DNA from: a candidate division WOR-3 bacterium
Lineage (GTDB): Bacteria; Hydrothermota; Hydrothermia; LBFQ01
Assembly (NCBI GenBank): GCA_039802605.1
Contig: JBDRWW010000017.1
Coordinates: 1 to 19,482, forward strand
DNA: 19,482 nucleotides
Reading direction: 5' to 3'
Shown: positions 1-9,346 of the stretch, piece by piece
Layout of the letters: each line of letters opens with the position of its first letter
Numbering within the stretch: position 1 is the stretch's first letter
Translations under genes and position numbers: made by a program
Notes under the pieces: model-generated
What the model saw: the letters and a program-made list of their open reading frames with translations, nothing else
Database searches by the model: none
Told to the model about the DNA's origin: nothing

Positions 1-1
1 C

Positions 2-622
2 AGTTCAAGCGTTTATTGGAATTTGGGACCCCCTTTTTATTTTGATACAACCCTTAAAACAAACCTTTACTCGGTAAAGGCGAGTAGAAACCTATCCGTT
101 CAGATATTCGGCAATGTTTATGATAGGGGTAATCGCTTTGGGTATATATCCCCCGTTATAGATTTACCCTATAACATGTCCCTTGTGGGGTTTTATTTGT
201 TTGGGGATTTTGCCGGGCAAACCGTTAAGGTTTTTGCAAGGAGGTTTTATTCCGGCTCTTGGGATAGATGGGTGGAAATAAACGACAGTGTTGTTAATTC
301 TCCTTATTTATCGTCTGGCAACAAGTTTCAGTATAGGATTGATGTTATTACAAACTTTGCGGGGACATCAAGGTTTAAAATAGACAGCGTAAAATTGGAA
401 TTTTTAAATACGCTTGTTATTGGGGAAGGTGAGTGCAATTTCAAAATGGGGGGTTATAAAAACGGTATAAGATTATACGGGGATGGGGAGTTTATGGTAT
501 TTGATGTTGCCGGCAGAATTGTGTCAAAAGGTAAGGGCGATATAAACCTTAAAAAGGGGATTTATTGGATTTTCTTTAAAGGTGAGGGTTGTTCAAATGT
601 CAAAAGGGTAATCGTAAAATAG
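2..622 (+). CDS. Secreted protein with T9SS (Por) type-A C-terminal sorting domain, 5'-truncated by the window edge
   Basis: The frame is open from position 2 (SSSVYWNLGPP...). The C-terminus FMVFDVAGRIV...LKKGIYWI...VKRVIVK matches the T9SS CTD pattern (DxxGR...GxY...K). Confidence 0.7.
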   Translation, partial: SSSVYWNLGPPFYFDTTLKTNLYSVKASRNLSVQIFGNVYDRGNRFGYISPVIDLPYNMSLVGFYLFGDFAGQTVKVFARRFYSGSWDRWVEINDSVVNSPYLSSGNKFQYRIDVITNFAGTSRFKIDSVKLEFLNTLVIGEGECNFKMGGYKNGIRLYGDGEFMVFDVAGRIVSKGKGDINLKKGIYWIFFKGEGCSNVKRVIVK

Positions 623-1172
623 CAAAAAATGTAAAACTTGATACGATTCCGAGGGTTAAGTTTTCAAGAGGTGGTGATAGGGATTCAAAGAGCGAGGTTA
701 TAACTCCCGCTATCAAAACATAAAAAAACAATTCCCCGCTAAATAATGCTATTATGAGAACCCAGAGGTTAAAAGCCAAAAAACCCTCTAAGGATTTCCC
801 GTTTTTAAATCTAACTCTACCGAAAAACTTCCCAACCAACGATGCAAAGGCATCCCCAACAATTGATATTGCCAAACCCACGAGGGAATACTTTCCAAAT
901 ATCAAAACGCTCAACCACACCCCTATTGCCATAACCGTTGCATCGCTTAAATTCCTCCTCTCATAAGTTCTTATTGAATAACCCCAAAGTAGGAATACAA
1001 TTCTGTTAAGGGGTTTAAAGAACAACCTCAAAGCATCTAAAAAGACTATAATCGCCGGAAATCCCAAAAAGACTATTAAATCATCCCTGCAAGAATACAA
1101 AACCACCGCATACAAATATGCCAAAATGTGTATAGTTTTCCTAAAAATTTCTCCCTTTAAGGCCTTTTCCAA
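600..1172 (-). CDS. CTP-dependent polyprenol/phytol/dolichol (diacylglycerol) kinase family membrane protein
   Basis: EIFRKTIH near the N-terminus, the GDAFASLVGKFFG...GKSLEG motif, and multiple hydrophobic helices. Confidence 0.8.
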   Translation of the reverse strand: MEKALKGEIFRKTIHILAYLYAVVLYSCRDDLIVFLGFPAIIVFLDALRLFFKPLNRIVFLLWGYSIRTYERRNLSDATVMAIGVWLSVLIFGKYSLVGLAISIVGDAFASLVGKFFGRVRFKNGKSLEGFLAFNLWVLIIALFSGELFFYVLIAGVITSLFESLSPPLENLTLGIVSSFTFFAILRLPF

Positions 1173-1915
1173 CCTATGAGGTGGGTTATAAGGTTGTTTG
1201 GGTATCCGAGGGCATCGTTTTTAACCGGTCCTATACCACTCTTCCACCATATCGTTAGCAATACAACTTCCAAAGGTATCGCGCACATGTTGGTTTTTAC
1301 CTTGTACTCCACCTTTAATGCCTTCTCAAAAACCAAACTATCCCCTTTGTATAAAGCCGTATCGCCCTTAAACCTTTTATTCAGGGGTTTATATACGACA
1401 TCCTCATAACCCACGGCTTCTGCATCTATGGTTATACTCATGGGACAGTCCAAACTCCCGTATATAACCCTTCCGGAACCCCTTGCCATAACCCATTTAT
1501 CCCCAGCTTTAACCCTTAAAGGTAGCCAAACGACTATAACGCTATCATCGTTATAAACGAATTTTACCCATTGTCCGCTATACAGTATGCTATCGGGGAA
1601 TAAACCTTCAACCGGTAAAACTTCCATTATCGCGTTTTTATAGATAAAGGTTGTGTTTGTATCTATTATCAAACCTTGTGAAGCGCTCTCGTGCGATTTC
1701 TGAACCCTCCAAGCGGGAACCTTATTGCCTTCATAAGTATAAACCGTATCCCTTAAAACCACAACGGAATCCACCACCGATAAAGTGTCCCCAACATTTT
1801 CCTCGTAATACCAAATATCGCCTTGTTGAATTGGATATATAAAGATTTCCTCGGGCAAACCCCTATACCTGCAACTCAGGGCCATTAAGGATAATATTAC
1901 CAACCACCTCCGCAT
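1157..1915 (-). CDS. Hypothetical beta-rich lipoprotein (YPxxxGxxWxY ... WWxxGIGPVK type)
   Basis: Lipoprotein signal MRRWLVILSLMALSC. Terminal motifs are shared with ORF 16349-17167. Confidence 0.65.
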   Translation of the reverse strand: MRRWLVILSLMALSCRYRGLPEEIFIYPIQQGDIWYYEENVGDTLSVVDSVVVLRDTVYTYEGNKVPAWRVQKSHESASQGLIIDTNTTFIYKNAIMEVLPVEGLFPDSILYSGQWVKFVYNDDSVIVVWLPLRVKAGDKWVMARGSGRVIYGSLDCPMSITIDAEAVGYEDVVYKPLNKRFKGDTALYKGDSLVFEKALKVEYKVKTNMCAIPLEVVLLTIWWKSGIGPVKNDALGYPNNLITHLIGWKRP

Positions 1916-1924
1916 GGATAAAAA

Positions 1925-1939
1925 ATTCTAAGGTAGAAT
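1925..1939. promoter_or_regulatory. Back-to-back -10 boxes (ATTCTA-agg-TAGAAT), bidirectional promoter
   Basis: TAGAAT on - (1925-1930) lies 9 nt before the ATG at 1915. TAGAAT on + (1934-1939) lies 8 nt before the ATG at 1948. No Shine-Dalgarno on either side. Confidence 0.6.
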
Positions 1940-1947
1940 AAACGCTT

Positions 1948-3252
1948 ATGGGGAAAATATCCGTAATAGGAACGGGGTATGTTGGCCTTGTTAGCGCCGT
2001 GGGTTTTGCATCCTTGGGGCATAAGGTTGTTGGAATGGATAGGGATAAAAACAAGGTTGAGAAGCTCAAAAAGGGTGAAATGCCGTTTTTTGAAGAGGGG
2101 ATGGAAGAGTACCTAAAAAAGGCTTTGGAAAACGGGAACTTAGAATTCACGGATGATGTGGCTTATGCCGTTAGGGATAGCAAGTATATATTCATAGCGG
2201 TTAATACACCAATGGATGAGGATGGCAGTGCGGATTTAAGCCAGTTGTTGGAAGCAGGGAGAAATATAGGGAGGTTTTTAAACAGCTTCGCCATTGTTAC
2301 GGTTAGGAGTACCGCACCGGTTGGGAGTTTGGAGGCTTTGGAAAAGGTTTTAGAGGGTGAGGGTAGGGTAAGGGGTAGGGATTACGAATTGGCTTATAAC
2401 CCCGAGTTTTTAAGGGAGGGAAGCGGAATATACGATTTCTTTAATCCAACCAGAATAGTGGTGGGTGCTGATAAAAGGGAGATAGCGGAGGAGATAATGA
2501 AACTATACGAGGGGATAAATGCCCCAAAGCTTATAACATCAATAAAGGATGCCCAGTTGATAAAGTATGCATCAAATGCATTTTTGGCGGCAAGGGTGTC
2601 ATTTATTAATGAAATAGCGGCGATTTGTGAGGCTATGGGGGCGGATGTTTTTGCGGTTGCGGAGGGCATGGGTCTGGACCCCAGGATAGGAAGGCAATAT
2701 TTACAACCCGGGCCGGGTTATGGCGGCCCCTGCCTGCCAAAGGATTTAATGGCTTTAATAAGGATGGCCGAGGAAAACCATTACGGTGCCGAGTTCTTGG
2801 AGGCGATACACAAGAGAAACGAAGCCCAAAAGAGGAAAATAATATGGAAGGTCAAAGAAGCCTTGGGAGGCGTTTTAATAGAAAAAACCGTAGGGGTTTT
2901 GGGCCTAACATTTAAGCCCAATACAGACGATGTAAGGAATTCCATATCAATACCTATAATTACGAAGCTTGCAAAAATGGGTGCCAGGATTAAGGCTTAT
3001 GACCCAATGGGTGGAGAAAATGCTAAAACGATCTTTGAAGGATATGCGGAAATTTATGAAGACCCCTACAAAGCCCTTGAAGGTGTGGATGTAATTCTCA
3101 TATTAACCGCTTGGAATGAGTTTGTAAAACTTGATTGGGAAAGGATAAAAAGGGAGGTTAAAAACCCTATTATTATAGATTCGGTCGGGATTTTGAGGAA
3201 TAACAGGTTAGACGGTTGGAAGGTTTGGATGGTTGGGAGGGGTTATCTATGA
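1948..3252 (+). CDS. ugd: UDP-glucose/GDP-mannose 6-dehydrogenase
   Basis: GTGYVG Rossmann motif, NPEFLREG, KYASNAFLA, catalytic GYGGPCLPKD and GLTFKPNTDDVR. Confidence 0.92.
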   Translation: MGKISVIGTGYVGLVSAVGFASLGHKVVGMDRDKNKVEKLKKGEMPFFEEGMEEYLKKALENGNLEFTDDVAYAVRDSKYIFIAVNTPMDEDGSADLSQLLEAGRNIGRFLNSFAIVTVRSTAPVGSLEALEKVLEGEGRVRGRDYELAYNPEFLREGSGIYDFFNPTRIVVGADKREIAEEIMKLYEGINAPKLITSIKDAQLIKYASNAFLAARVSFINEIAAICEAMGADVFAVAEGMGLDPRIGRQYLQPGPGYGGPCLPKDLMALIRMAEENHYGAEFLEAIHKRNEAQKRKIIWKVKEALGGVLIEKTVGVLGLTFKPNTDDVRNSISIPIITKLAKMGARIKAYDPMGGENAKTIFEGYAEIYEDPYKALEGVDVILILTAWNEFVKLDWERIKREVKNPIIIDSVGILRNNRLDGWKVWMVGRGYL

Positions 3253-3653
3253 GTTTGCTTTCGGCTTTATTCGTTTGCTCAACGGATGGGGGTTGTAAAA
3301 ACGCCCTTTTAAACGCTTCAAAAAACGATCCGGAAGCCCTATTCCTTTACAAAATCTGGGATGAGATACCCGATCAAAAAAGGTTTGCCAGCATATACCT
3401 TTCAATACTAACAAACAGGAATGTCCTAATTGAGGAGAAAAACCTCTACGATACATACCTTTTGGCGGTTTTCCTTGAAAATAAGGGCTTAAAAGGCGAT
3501 GCATCAAACAAATATTACGAGATATGCCAAAAGGGTGAAGGCTTATTTGCCGCCGAGTGTTGTTATAGGTCGTATAAGTTGGGTAAGAAAGAGGCCAAAG
3601 GGGTTTTAAAGGATAGGTTTAAGGATAAGTATTACATATACTTTTTGGAATGA
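3249..3653 (+). CDS. Hypothetical helical (TPR-like) protein
   Basis: The ATG at 3249 overlaps the ugd stop (ATGA) and is preferred over the TTG at 3216. The C-terminal half has a TPR-like pattern (ASNKYYEI...AAECCYR...LKDRF). Confidence 0.55.
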   Translation: MSLLSALFVCSTDGGCKNALLNASKNDPEALFLYKIWDEIPDQKRFASIYLSILTNRNVLIEEKNLYDTYLLAVFLENKGLKGDASNKYYEICQKGEGLFAAECCYRSYKLGKKEAKGVLKDRFKDKYYIYFLE

Positions 3654-3683
3654 TTGCACCAACAAACAAAACGGGGATACAAT
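3654..3683 (+). promoter_or_regulatory. Sigma70-like promoter TTGCAC-18-TACAAT
   Basis: -35 at 3654-3659 and -10 at 3678-3683, 8 nt upstream of the ATG at 3692. Confidence 0.5.
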
Positions 3684-3691
3684 TCCCACCT

Positions 3692-4306
3692 ATGCTAATA
3701 CTCATAAGCGTTTACGGTTATGGCGGTTTTGGGCATTATTCCGTTGGGATCGCGAGACCCGACATATCAAAGTTAAAAGACTTCCTAAAACAAAGGGGTT
3801 ATTCCGATTTTGATAATACCTTCATAACTACGGGTGGTTCGGGGTATGCCGTATTTAAAAGGTTTGTTATAGGTGGGGAAAGCAATTCCTTAAAGACGAT
3901 AACCACTTCAAACGATTCTTCAACGGCATACATTTCGGGAGGATATTGGCAGTTTAGTTTAGGTTATCTCCTTTACTCAAACAAAAAGTTTAACTCTTAT
4001 GCGATTTTCGGAGTGGGTGAGGACAAATTGGAAATAATCACCGTTGAAGGCTTCTCCGGAAGCTTTGAAAATATCTTTGACAATCCCCCGAAATCGGCAA
4101 AGTATTCAACCGAAGGGTTTTTCTTTACGGCATCTTTACAGGGTGATGTATCCCTATACGGGTTAAACATAGGTTTAAGGGTTGGTTATGGTTATTCCTT
4201 AAAGGGAGGTTGGAAGGTTTGGGATAAGGATGTATCCGGAGGCCCAAAGGTGGGTCTTGATGGGCCTTTCATAAGGTTGATAATAGGGGGTGGAATTATT
4301 ATATGA
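3692..4306 (+). CDS. Hypothetical outer-membrane beta-barrel-like protein
   Basis: Gly/aromatic-rich alternating strands (GGYWQFSLGYLL, IGLRVGYGY, GPFIRLIIGGG). The start at 3692 was chosen from the promoter position; 3650 is the alternative. Confidence 0.55.
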   Translation: MLILISVYGYGGFGHYSVGIARPDISKLKDFLKQRGYSDFDNTFITTGGSGYAVFKRFVIGGESNSLKTITTSNDSSTAYISGGYWQFSLGYLLYSNKKFNSYAIFGVGEDKLEIITVEGFSGSFENIFDNPPKSAKYSTEGFFFTASLQGDVSLYGLNIGLRVGYGYSLKGGWKVWDKDVSGGPKVGLDGPFIRLIIGGGIII

Positions 4307-5676
4307 GGTTTTACCCTAGGATAGGTTTGGAGGTTCATGTTGAGTTAAAAACGAAGAGCAAAATGTTTTGTCCATGTCCCGTGGGCGAATGGGAAGAACC
4401 CAACACCGCCGTATGTCCCATATGTTTGGCGCATCCCGGAACCCTCCCATTGCCCAATAGGCAAGCGGTTGTTTTTGCCGTTGCCCTCGGTTTGGCTTTA
4501 AACGGGGAGATTTCAAGGGTTTCCCAGTTTTACAGGAAAAATTACTTTTATCCGGACCTCCCAAAGGGGTATCAGATAACCCAATATTCCGTACCAATAA
4601 TAAAAAACGCCTATATCCTCGGCAAAAGGATAGAGAGGATAAACTTGGAAGAAGAAACGGCAAAATCCTTACACTTGGCGGACGGAAGCGTCTTACTCGA
4701 CTTTAACAGGGCCGGAATACCACTTTTGGAAATCGTATCGGCACCGGATATAAAATCACCCGAGGAGGCAAAGGAATATTTGAGGGCTTTGCAGAGCGCT
4801 TTAAGGTATCTCGGCATATCCGATGCGGACATGGAAAAGGGACAGTTTAGGGTTGATGTAAACGTTTCCATAAGTACCGTTGAGGGTGGTTTTGGTACAA
4901 AGGTTGAGGTAAAAAACATAAACTCCTTTAAGGCGATAGCAGACGCAATAGAATACGAAATAGAGAGGCAAAAAGAAATTATATCAAGTGGTGGAGAGGT
5001 TATTCGGGAAACGAGGATGTTGAACGGAAAGGAAACGGAACCTATGAGGACAAAGGAAACGGAAAGCGATTACAGATATTTCCCGGAACCCGACATTCCA
5101 CCCCTTTATGTTGACGATGAAATCCTTCAAGAGGCGAAAACATTATTGGTTGAAATGCCTTGGGAAAAGGAAAAAAGATATATATCCTTAGGGGTTCCCG
5201 AACACCTTGCGGGCATAATAGCATACGACAGGGATTTATCACAAACCTTTGAAAGGATTTCACACATAGACCCAAAGGAGGTTGCGGAATACCTGGTGAA
5301 TGTTATATTTGGAAGGTTAAATAGGGCCAATAAGGATTTAAAGGATTTTGATATAGAAGGCTTTGGCGCGCTTTTGGAAAGGGTAAAAAGGGGTGAAATA
5401 CTTCCGGAATATGTAAAGATTGCCGTTCAAAAAAATATATTTGAGGGTATCCCCTTTGACGAACTGATAAGAAACGCCCCCAAACCCGTTGAGATAGACC
5501 TTGAAGGGATAGTGGAAAATCTCATAAAGAACAACCCCGCCCAGGTGGAAAAGTATAAAAAAGGACAAAAGGGAGTTATCGGGTTTTTTGTGGGTCAAAT
5601 TATGAAGGAGTATAGGGGAAAGGTTGATCCAAAAAGGGTAAATGAAGTCGTCGTTAAAAAACTTGAAGAGGTTTAG
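4303..5676 (+). CDS. gatB: Asp-tRNA(Asn)/Glu-tRNA(Gln) amidotransferase subunit B
   Basis: IGLEVHVEL, RKNYFYPDLPKGYQITQ, DFNRAGIPLLEIVS, YRYFPEPD and a C-terminal Yqey-like GFFVGQIMK. The CxC...CxxC zinc site is retained. Confidence 0.96.
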   Translation: MRFYPRIGLEVHVELKTKSKMFCPCPVGEWEEPNTAVCPICLAHPGTLPLPNRQAVVFAVALGLALNGEISRVSQFYRKNYFYPDLPKGYQITQYSVPIIKNAYILGKRIERINLEEETAKSLHLADGSVLLDFNRAGIPLLEIVSAPDIKSPEEAKEYLRALQSALRYLGISDADMEKGQFRVDVNVSISTVEGGFGTKVEVKNINSFKAIADAIEYEIERQKEIISSGGEVIRETRMLNGKETEPMRTKETESDYRYFPEPDIPPLYVDDEILQEAKTLLVEMPWEKEKRYISLGVPEHLAGIIAYDRDLSQTFERISHIDPKEVAEYLVNVIFGRLNRANKDLKDFDIEGFGALLERVKRGEILPEYVKIAVQKNIFEGIPFDELIRNAPKPVEIDLEGIVENLIKNNPAQVEKYKKGQKGVIGFFVGQIMKEYRGKVDPKRVNEVVVKKLEEV

Positions 5677-6610
5677 CCTATTATCCCTTTTGCTTTTGGG
5701 GTGTGTTGAAAGGTTTCGCGTTGAAGAGGGGAAGGGTGTTGTTATTGAAGGGGGTAAGGGTGTTTGGGTTTTAACGACTTTATCTCCAGAGGTTTGGTAT
5801 ATTAAGGATTCCGCTCAAAGGGTTATATTCGCATCCCTTTGGGCTAACGATATGTTAAAGGTTGGGGATACCCTGTTTATTGTAAATTCCGGTACAAACT
5901 ATGTTTATAGGTTTATAACGACAACCGGAGAGGTGGAAACCCTAAGGGTAGGGTATGGTAGAAACCCTTATGCCCTGGCATATTCCAAGATTAGTAATAC
6001 CTTGTTTGTTAGCAACTTCTTAACGGGCACCATAACAGCATTCCGGGGGAATGTTTTACTCGGGGAATTCCCAACATGCGGAAATCCGGAAGGTATGAAT
6101 ACGGTAGGTGGGAAGCTGTATGTGGCATGTACGAATTATTATTCGGATAGAAGGGGGGAGGTTTGGGTTCATAGCGTTTTTAACTTTGATACTATAAGGA
6201 CATATGAAACGGGCATAAATTCACAGATGGTTATAAGCGATGGCGAAGGTGATGTTTATGTTATATCAACCGGTGATTATTCTTCCGTTCAAACAAGCCT
6301 TTTTAGGATTTCCCAAAATGGGGTTGACAGTTTTTACATAGGGGGATACCTCGGAAATGCTTGTATATCCGATAAGGGTTATCTCTTTTTGGTGGGTTGG
6401 TACGGTGGGGTTTATAGGTTTAACTGGGTTGAAGAAAGGGGGGAAGGGTTTATAATTACGGACATTTCCGCCTCTTCCTGCGATGTTAAAGGGGATACCC
6501 TTGTGGTTTCCGACTTCAACAACGATAGGGTTGTATATTACGACTTTTCCGGAAAAATTATAAAATACTTTTATGTAGGGGATGGACCCATAGATGTTGA
6601 GGCGGAATAG
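5663..6610 (+). CDS. YncE/YVTN-like beta-propeller lipoprotein
   Basis: Lipobox LLLGC and blade repeats (VGYGRNPYALA, TCGNPEGM, LYVAC, VGDGP). The TTG at 5663 gives MKRFSLL...; the ATG at 5642 is the alternative start. Confidence 0.72.
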   Translation: MKRFSLLSLLLLGCVERFRVEEGKGVVIEGGKGVWVLTTLSPEVWYIKDSAQRVIFASLWANDMLKVGDTLFIVNSGTNYVYRFITTTGEVETLRVGYGRNPYALAYSKISNTLFVSNFLTGTITAFRGNVLLGEFPTCGNPEGMNTVGGKLYVACTNYYSDRRGEVWVHSVFNFDTIRTYETGINSQMVISDGEGDVYVISTGDYSSVQTSLFRISQNGVDSFYIGGYLGNACISDKGYLFLVGWYGGVYRFNWVEERGEGFIITDISASSCDVKGDTLVVSDFNNDRVVYYDFSGKIIKYFYVGDGPIDVEAE

Positions 6611-7190
6611 GTACAGTTTCCGTTGGAAGTTTGCCCATTGTGTATTAAAATTCCTCTTTAAGGTTTTAACCGGCGGGAAGGTTGTGGGTAAGGAGAAACT
6701 CAAAATACCCGATAAACCCGTTATTATCGTTGCAAATCACTCATCGTATATGGATCCCCCTTTGATAATCGCCTTTTGGGAAAGGGAAATATACTTTTTA
6801 GGTCATGAGGGGCTTTTCAAAAATTCCATATTTGGTGGTTTCTTAAAGTTTTTCAACGGATTACCCTTACCGTCTGGATTTAAAAAATCTTATGAGCTTT
6901 TGGATGTGGGATACGATATCGGAATATTTCCTGAGGGAGGAAGGAATAAGTTGCCCAATGTGAAAATCGGGGCCTTCAAACTCTCAAAGGATAAGAATGT
7001 TCCGGTTATTATTTTTGGTATTTATGGGAATAGGGGGAGGGTTTTTAAAAAGGTTTTGAGGTGGGTTTTTAAAAGGGGACTTTATCTCGTATATCTAAAA
7101 ACCCTATACCCGGAAAATTTTAGCGATGCGGAAGAAATGGCAAAGGAGTTTAGGAAAACCGTTATGGAATTCATTGAGAAATACCAATAG
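6594..7190 (+). CDS. 1-acyl-sn-glycerol-3-phosphate / lysophospholipid acyltransferase (PlsC family)
   Basis: NHSSYMD (HxxxxD) and IFPEGGR motifs. Confidence 0.88.
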   Translation: MLRRNRYSFRWKFAHCVLKFLFKVLTGGKVVGKEKLKIPDKPVIIVANHSSYMDPPLIIAFWEREIYFLGHEGLFKNSIFGGFLKFFNGLPLPSGFKKSYELLDVGYDIGIFPEGGRNKLPNVKIGAFKLSKDKNVPVIIFGIYGNRGRVFKKVLRWVFKRGLYLVYLKTLYPENFSDAEEMAKEFRKTVMEFIEKYQ

Positions 7191-8235
7191 ATATTCCAAA
7201 AAGCCTGTTCTTACTTACAAAGGCGTTTAATCCCTTGAAGTTGATGTATAACCCATAGGTGCTTGTTGGTTCATACACCTTTGTGAATAAAACATCAAAG
7301 AAAACCCCCGCTTTTGCAACCCCCCTATAAATCGGTATATTCACATTTATAACCAAAAAGTTATCCGCCAAAGAGTTCAATATTGGAACTTCCCTATAAC
7401 CGTCAAAACCCCCATAAGGCTTTTTGAGACCCCAAAACCCCTTAAAACCCTTTACACTTACAATACCAAGCTTTCCAAAAACCTCAACCCCCACATCCCC
7501 ATAACCCATAAAAACCTTAGTGATCACCTCGGGTTTTAAGTTTATATACCTAAGGATACCTAAGGGTTTATAGAATTCCCCTATACCAAAACCCAAATTG
7601 CTTTTACCAAACCAACGATGAACTCCACCGTAATACATAACCTGCCCGTTCTCGGTATAAAGGTTGAACTCGGAAAATATCCCGATGGGAATATAAGCGT
7701 TTTCGGGTATATCAAGCTCCCCTTCGGAATACGCCCTTGTGCTATCAAACTGCCCGGATATACCCACCTTCATAGGTGTGGAAAAGATGTTATAAACATA
7801 AAGATCCACATCCCCAATGATGCCCCCATTCCCAAAGATATTAAACCGTACTTCCGAATTTGAAAGGGTTGAAAACTTAAAAACAACCCTTTGGTTTTCC
7901 CTAAAAACATCAAACTTTAAATTGTAGAAACTTGCCAATGGTTGCATTGATATAATTTCCGAATAGTTAAAGGGCTTACCCGAAAGACCCTTAAACATCC
8001 ACAAAACGTTTTCCCCTTTGAAATCCCCAATTACCAAAGGGTTTTTAAAGACGACAAACTTACCCTTATCCAAAACCGCTATGTATTCCCTTTCATTAAA
8101 ATAAACATCCGCCTTTGCAAGAGGATAACCCATATCTGCCAAATCCTTTAAAATCTGTAATGTTATGCTGTCCCCCTTTTGCTTATCCCCGTAAAGCAAC
8201 CAAAACCTTTCACCAAGCACTATAAGGATTTCCAT
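7171..8235 (-). CDS. Hypothetical outer-membrane protein, possibly a reduced Omp85/TamA-like protein
   Basis: N-terminal LADMGYPLA resembles a POTRA helix-GY motif. The remainder is amphipathic beta-strands (GVFFDV, YGLYINF). Family assignment is tentative. Confidence 0.4.
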   Translation of the reverse strand: MEILIVLGERFWLLYGDKQKGDSITLQILKDLADMGYPLAKADVYFNEREYIAVLDKGKFVVFKNPLVIGDFKGENVLWMFKGLSGKPFNYSEIISMQPLASFYNLKFDVFRENQRVVFKFSTLSNSEVRFNIFGNGGIIGDVDLYVYNIFSTPMKVGISGQFDSTRAYSEGELDIPENAYIPIGIFSEFNLYTENGQVMYYGGVHRWFGKSNLGFGIGEFYKPLGILRYINLKPEVITKVFMGYGDVGVEVFGKLGIVSVKGFKGFWGLKKPYGGFDGYREVPILNSLADNFLVINVNIPIYRGVAKAGVFFDVLFTKVYEPTSTYGLYINFKGLNAFVSKNRLFGISIGISQ

Positions 8236-8237
8236 TT

Positions 8238-8795
8238 TTATTTGAAAACCTCCTCTAAATCAATTTCTAAACCCTCCAAAACTTTACTTTTAACTTTACC
8301 CTTGCCTTCCGCAAAGGAGTAAAGTTCATAATTTCCTTTATCATCCAAAACCCACACCTCTATCGCCTTTTCATAGGGATAAACAATCCAACACTCCTTA
8401 ACCCCAAACTCCTGATAAATCCCCTTTTTGACAACCGTATCCCTCCTCGTTGTTGATGGCGAAATTATCTCTATCACCAAGTCCGGCAAACCAAACATAC
8501 GGCCTTCCTTTATGTTTTTTAAACTCCCCTTTGAAATATACACTATATCCGGTTGAACCACAACGGTTTTGGATAATATAACATCAAAAGGTGCGGGAAT
8601 TACCTCACCCAACGATTCCCCACTTTCCACAAATTTAACCAAAAGAATTAGCAGCCTTTTCAGGATTTTCTGATGTTCAAAGTTTGGTGCGGGCATTTCT
8701 ACCAACCTCCCGTTAATAACCTCATAGCGCTTATCGTCTTCAAGTTTCAAATAATCCTCATAGGTCCAAATCCTTTCCTTAACCATCTCCTTCAT
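8238..8795 (-). CDS. Uma2 family (DUF820) PD-(D/E)XK endonuclease, copy B
   Basis: WTYEDY...RYEVINGRL...HQ...VQPDIVY...PDLVIEIISPST...K..IY..FGVKE.WIV. Confidence 0.92.
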   Translation of the reverse strand: MKEMVKERIWTYEDYLKLEDDKRYEVINGRLVEMPAPNFEHQKILKRLLILLVKFVESGESLGEVIPAPFDVILSKTVVVQPDIVYISKGSLKNIKEGRMFGLPDLVIEIISPSTTRRDTVVKKGIYQEFGVKECWIVYPYEKAIEVWVLDDKGNYELYSFAEGKGKVKSKVLEGLEIDLEEVFK

Positions 8796-9346
8796 CCGAA
8801 CACCTCCTTTAAATCAACCTCTAAGCCTTCCAAAACCTTGCTTTTAACTTTCCCCTCTTTTTCTGCAAAGGAGTAAATTTCATAATTTCCTTTATCATCC
8901 AAAACCCATACCTCTATCGCCTTTTCTTCGGGATAAACAATCCAATACTCCTTAACGCCAAAATTTTCATATATCCCCTTCTTGACAACCGTATCCCTCC
9001 TAATCGTTGATGGCGAAACTATTTCTACAACCAAATCCGGAGAGCCCATTATAGCCTTCTCCCCTATTACGCCTAGTCTTTCCTTTGAAATATAAACTAT
9101 ATCGGGCTGCAATACAACATTGTCATCCAACACTACATCTAAAGGGGATGGTAAAACTTCCCCTTTATTTTTTACTTTCACAAACTCCCTTATAAGCGTA
9201 GCGAGTTCCATTAATATGCGCTGATGCCAAGGGGTAGGAGATGGCATTTCCATTAACCTCCCTTTGATAACCTCATATCGTTCTTCATCTTCTAATTTCA
9301 AATAATCCTCATATGTCCAAATCCTTTCCTTAACGATTCCCTTCAT
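8792..9346 (-). CDS. Uma2 family (DUF820) PD-(D/E)XK endonuclease, copy A
   Basis: Same motifs (LQPDIVY, PDLVVEIVSPST, GVKEYWIV). ATGA overlap with copy B and a strong SD AAGGAGGTG. Confidence 0.92.
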   Translation of the reverse strand: MKGIVKERIWTYEDYLKLEDEERYEVIKGRLMEMPSPTPWHQRILMELATLIREFVKVKNKGEVLPSPLDVVLDDNVVLQPDIVYISKERLGVIGEKAIMGSPDLVVEIVSPSTIRRDTVVKKGIYENFGVKEYWIVYPEEKAIEVWVLDDKGNYEIYSFAEKEGKVKSKVLEGLEVDLKEVFG

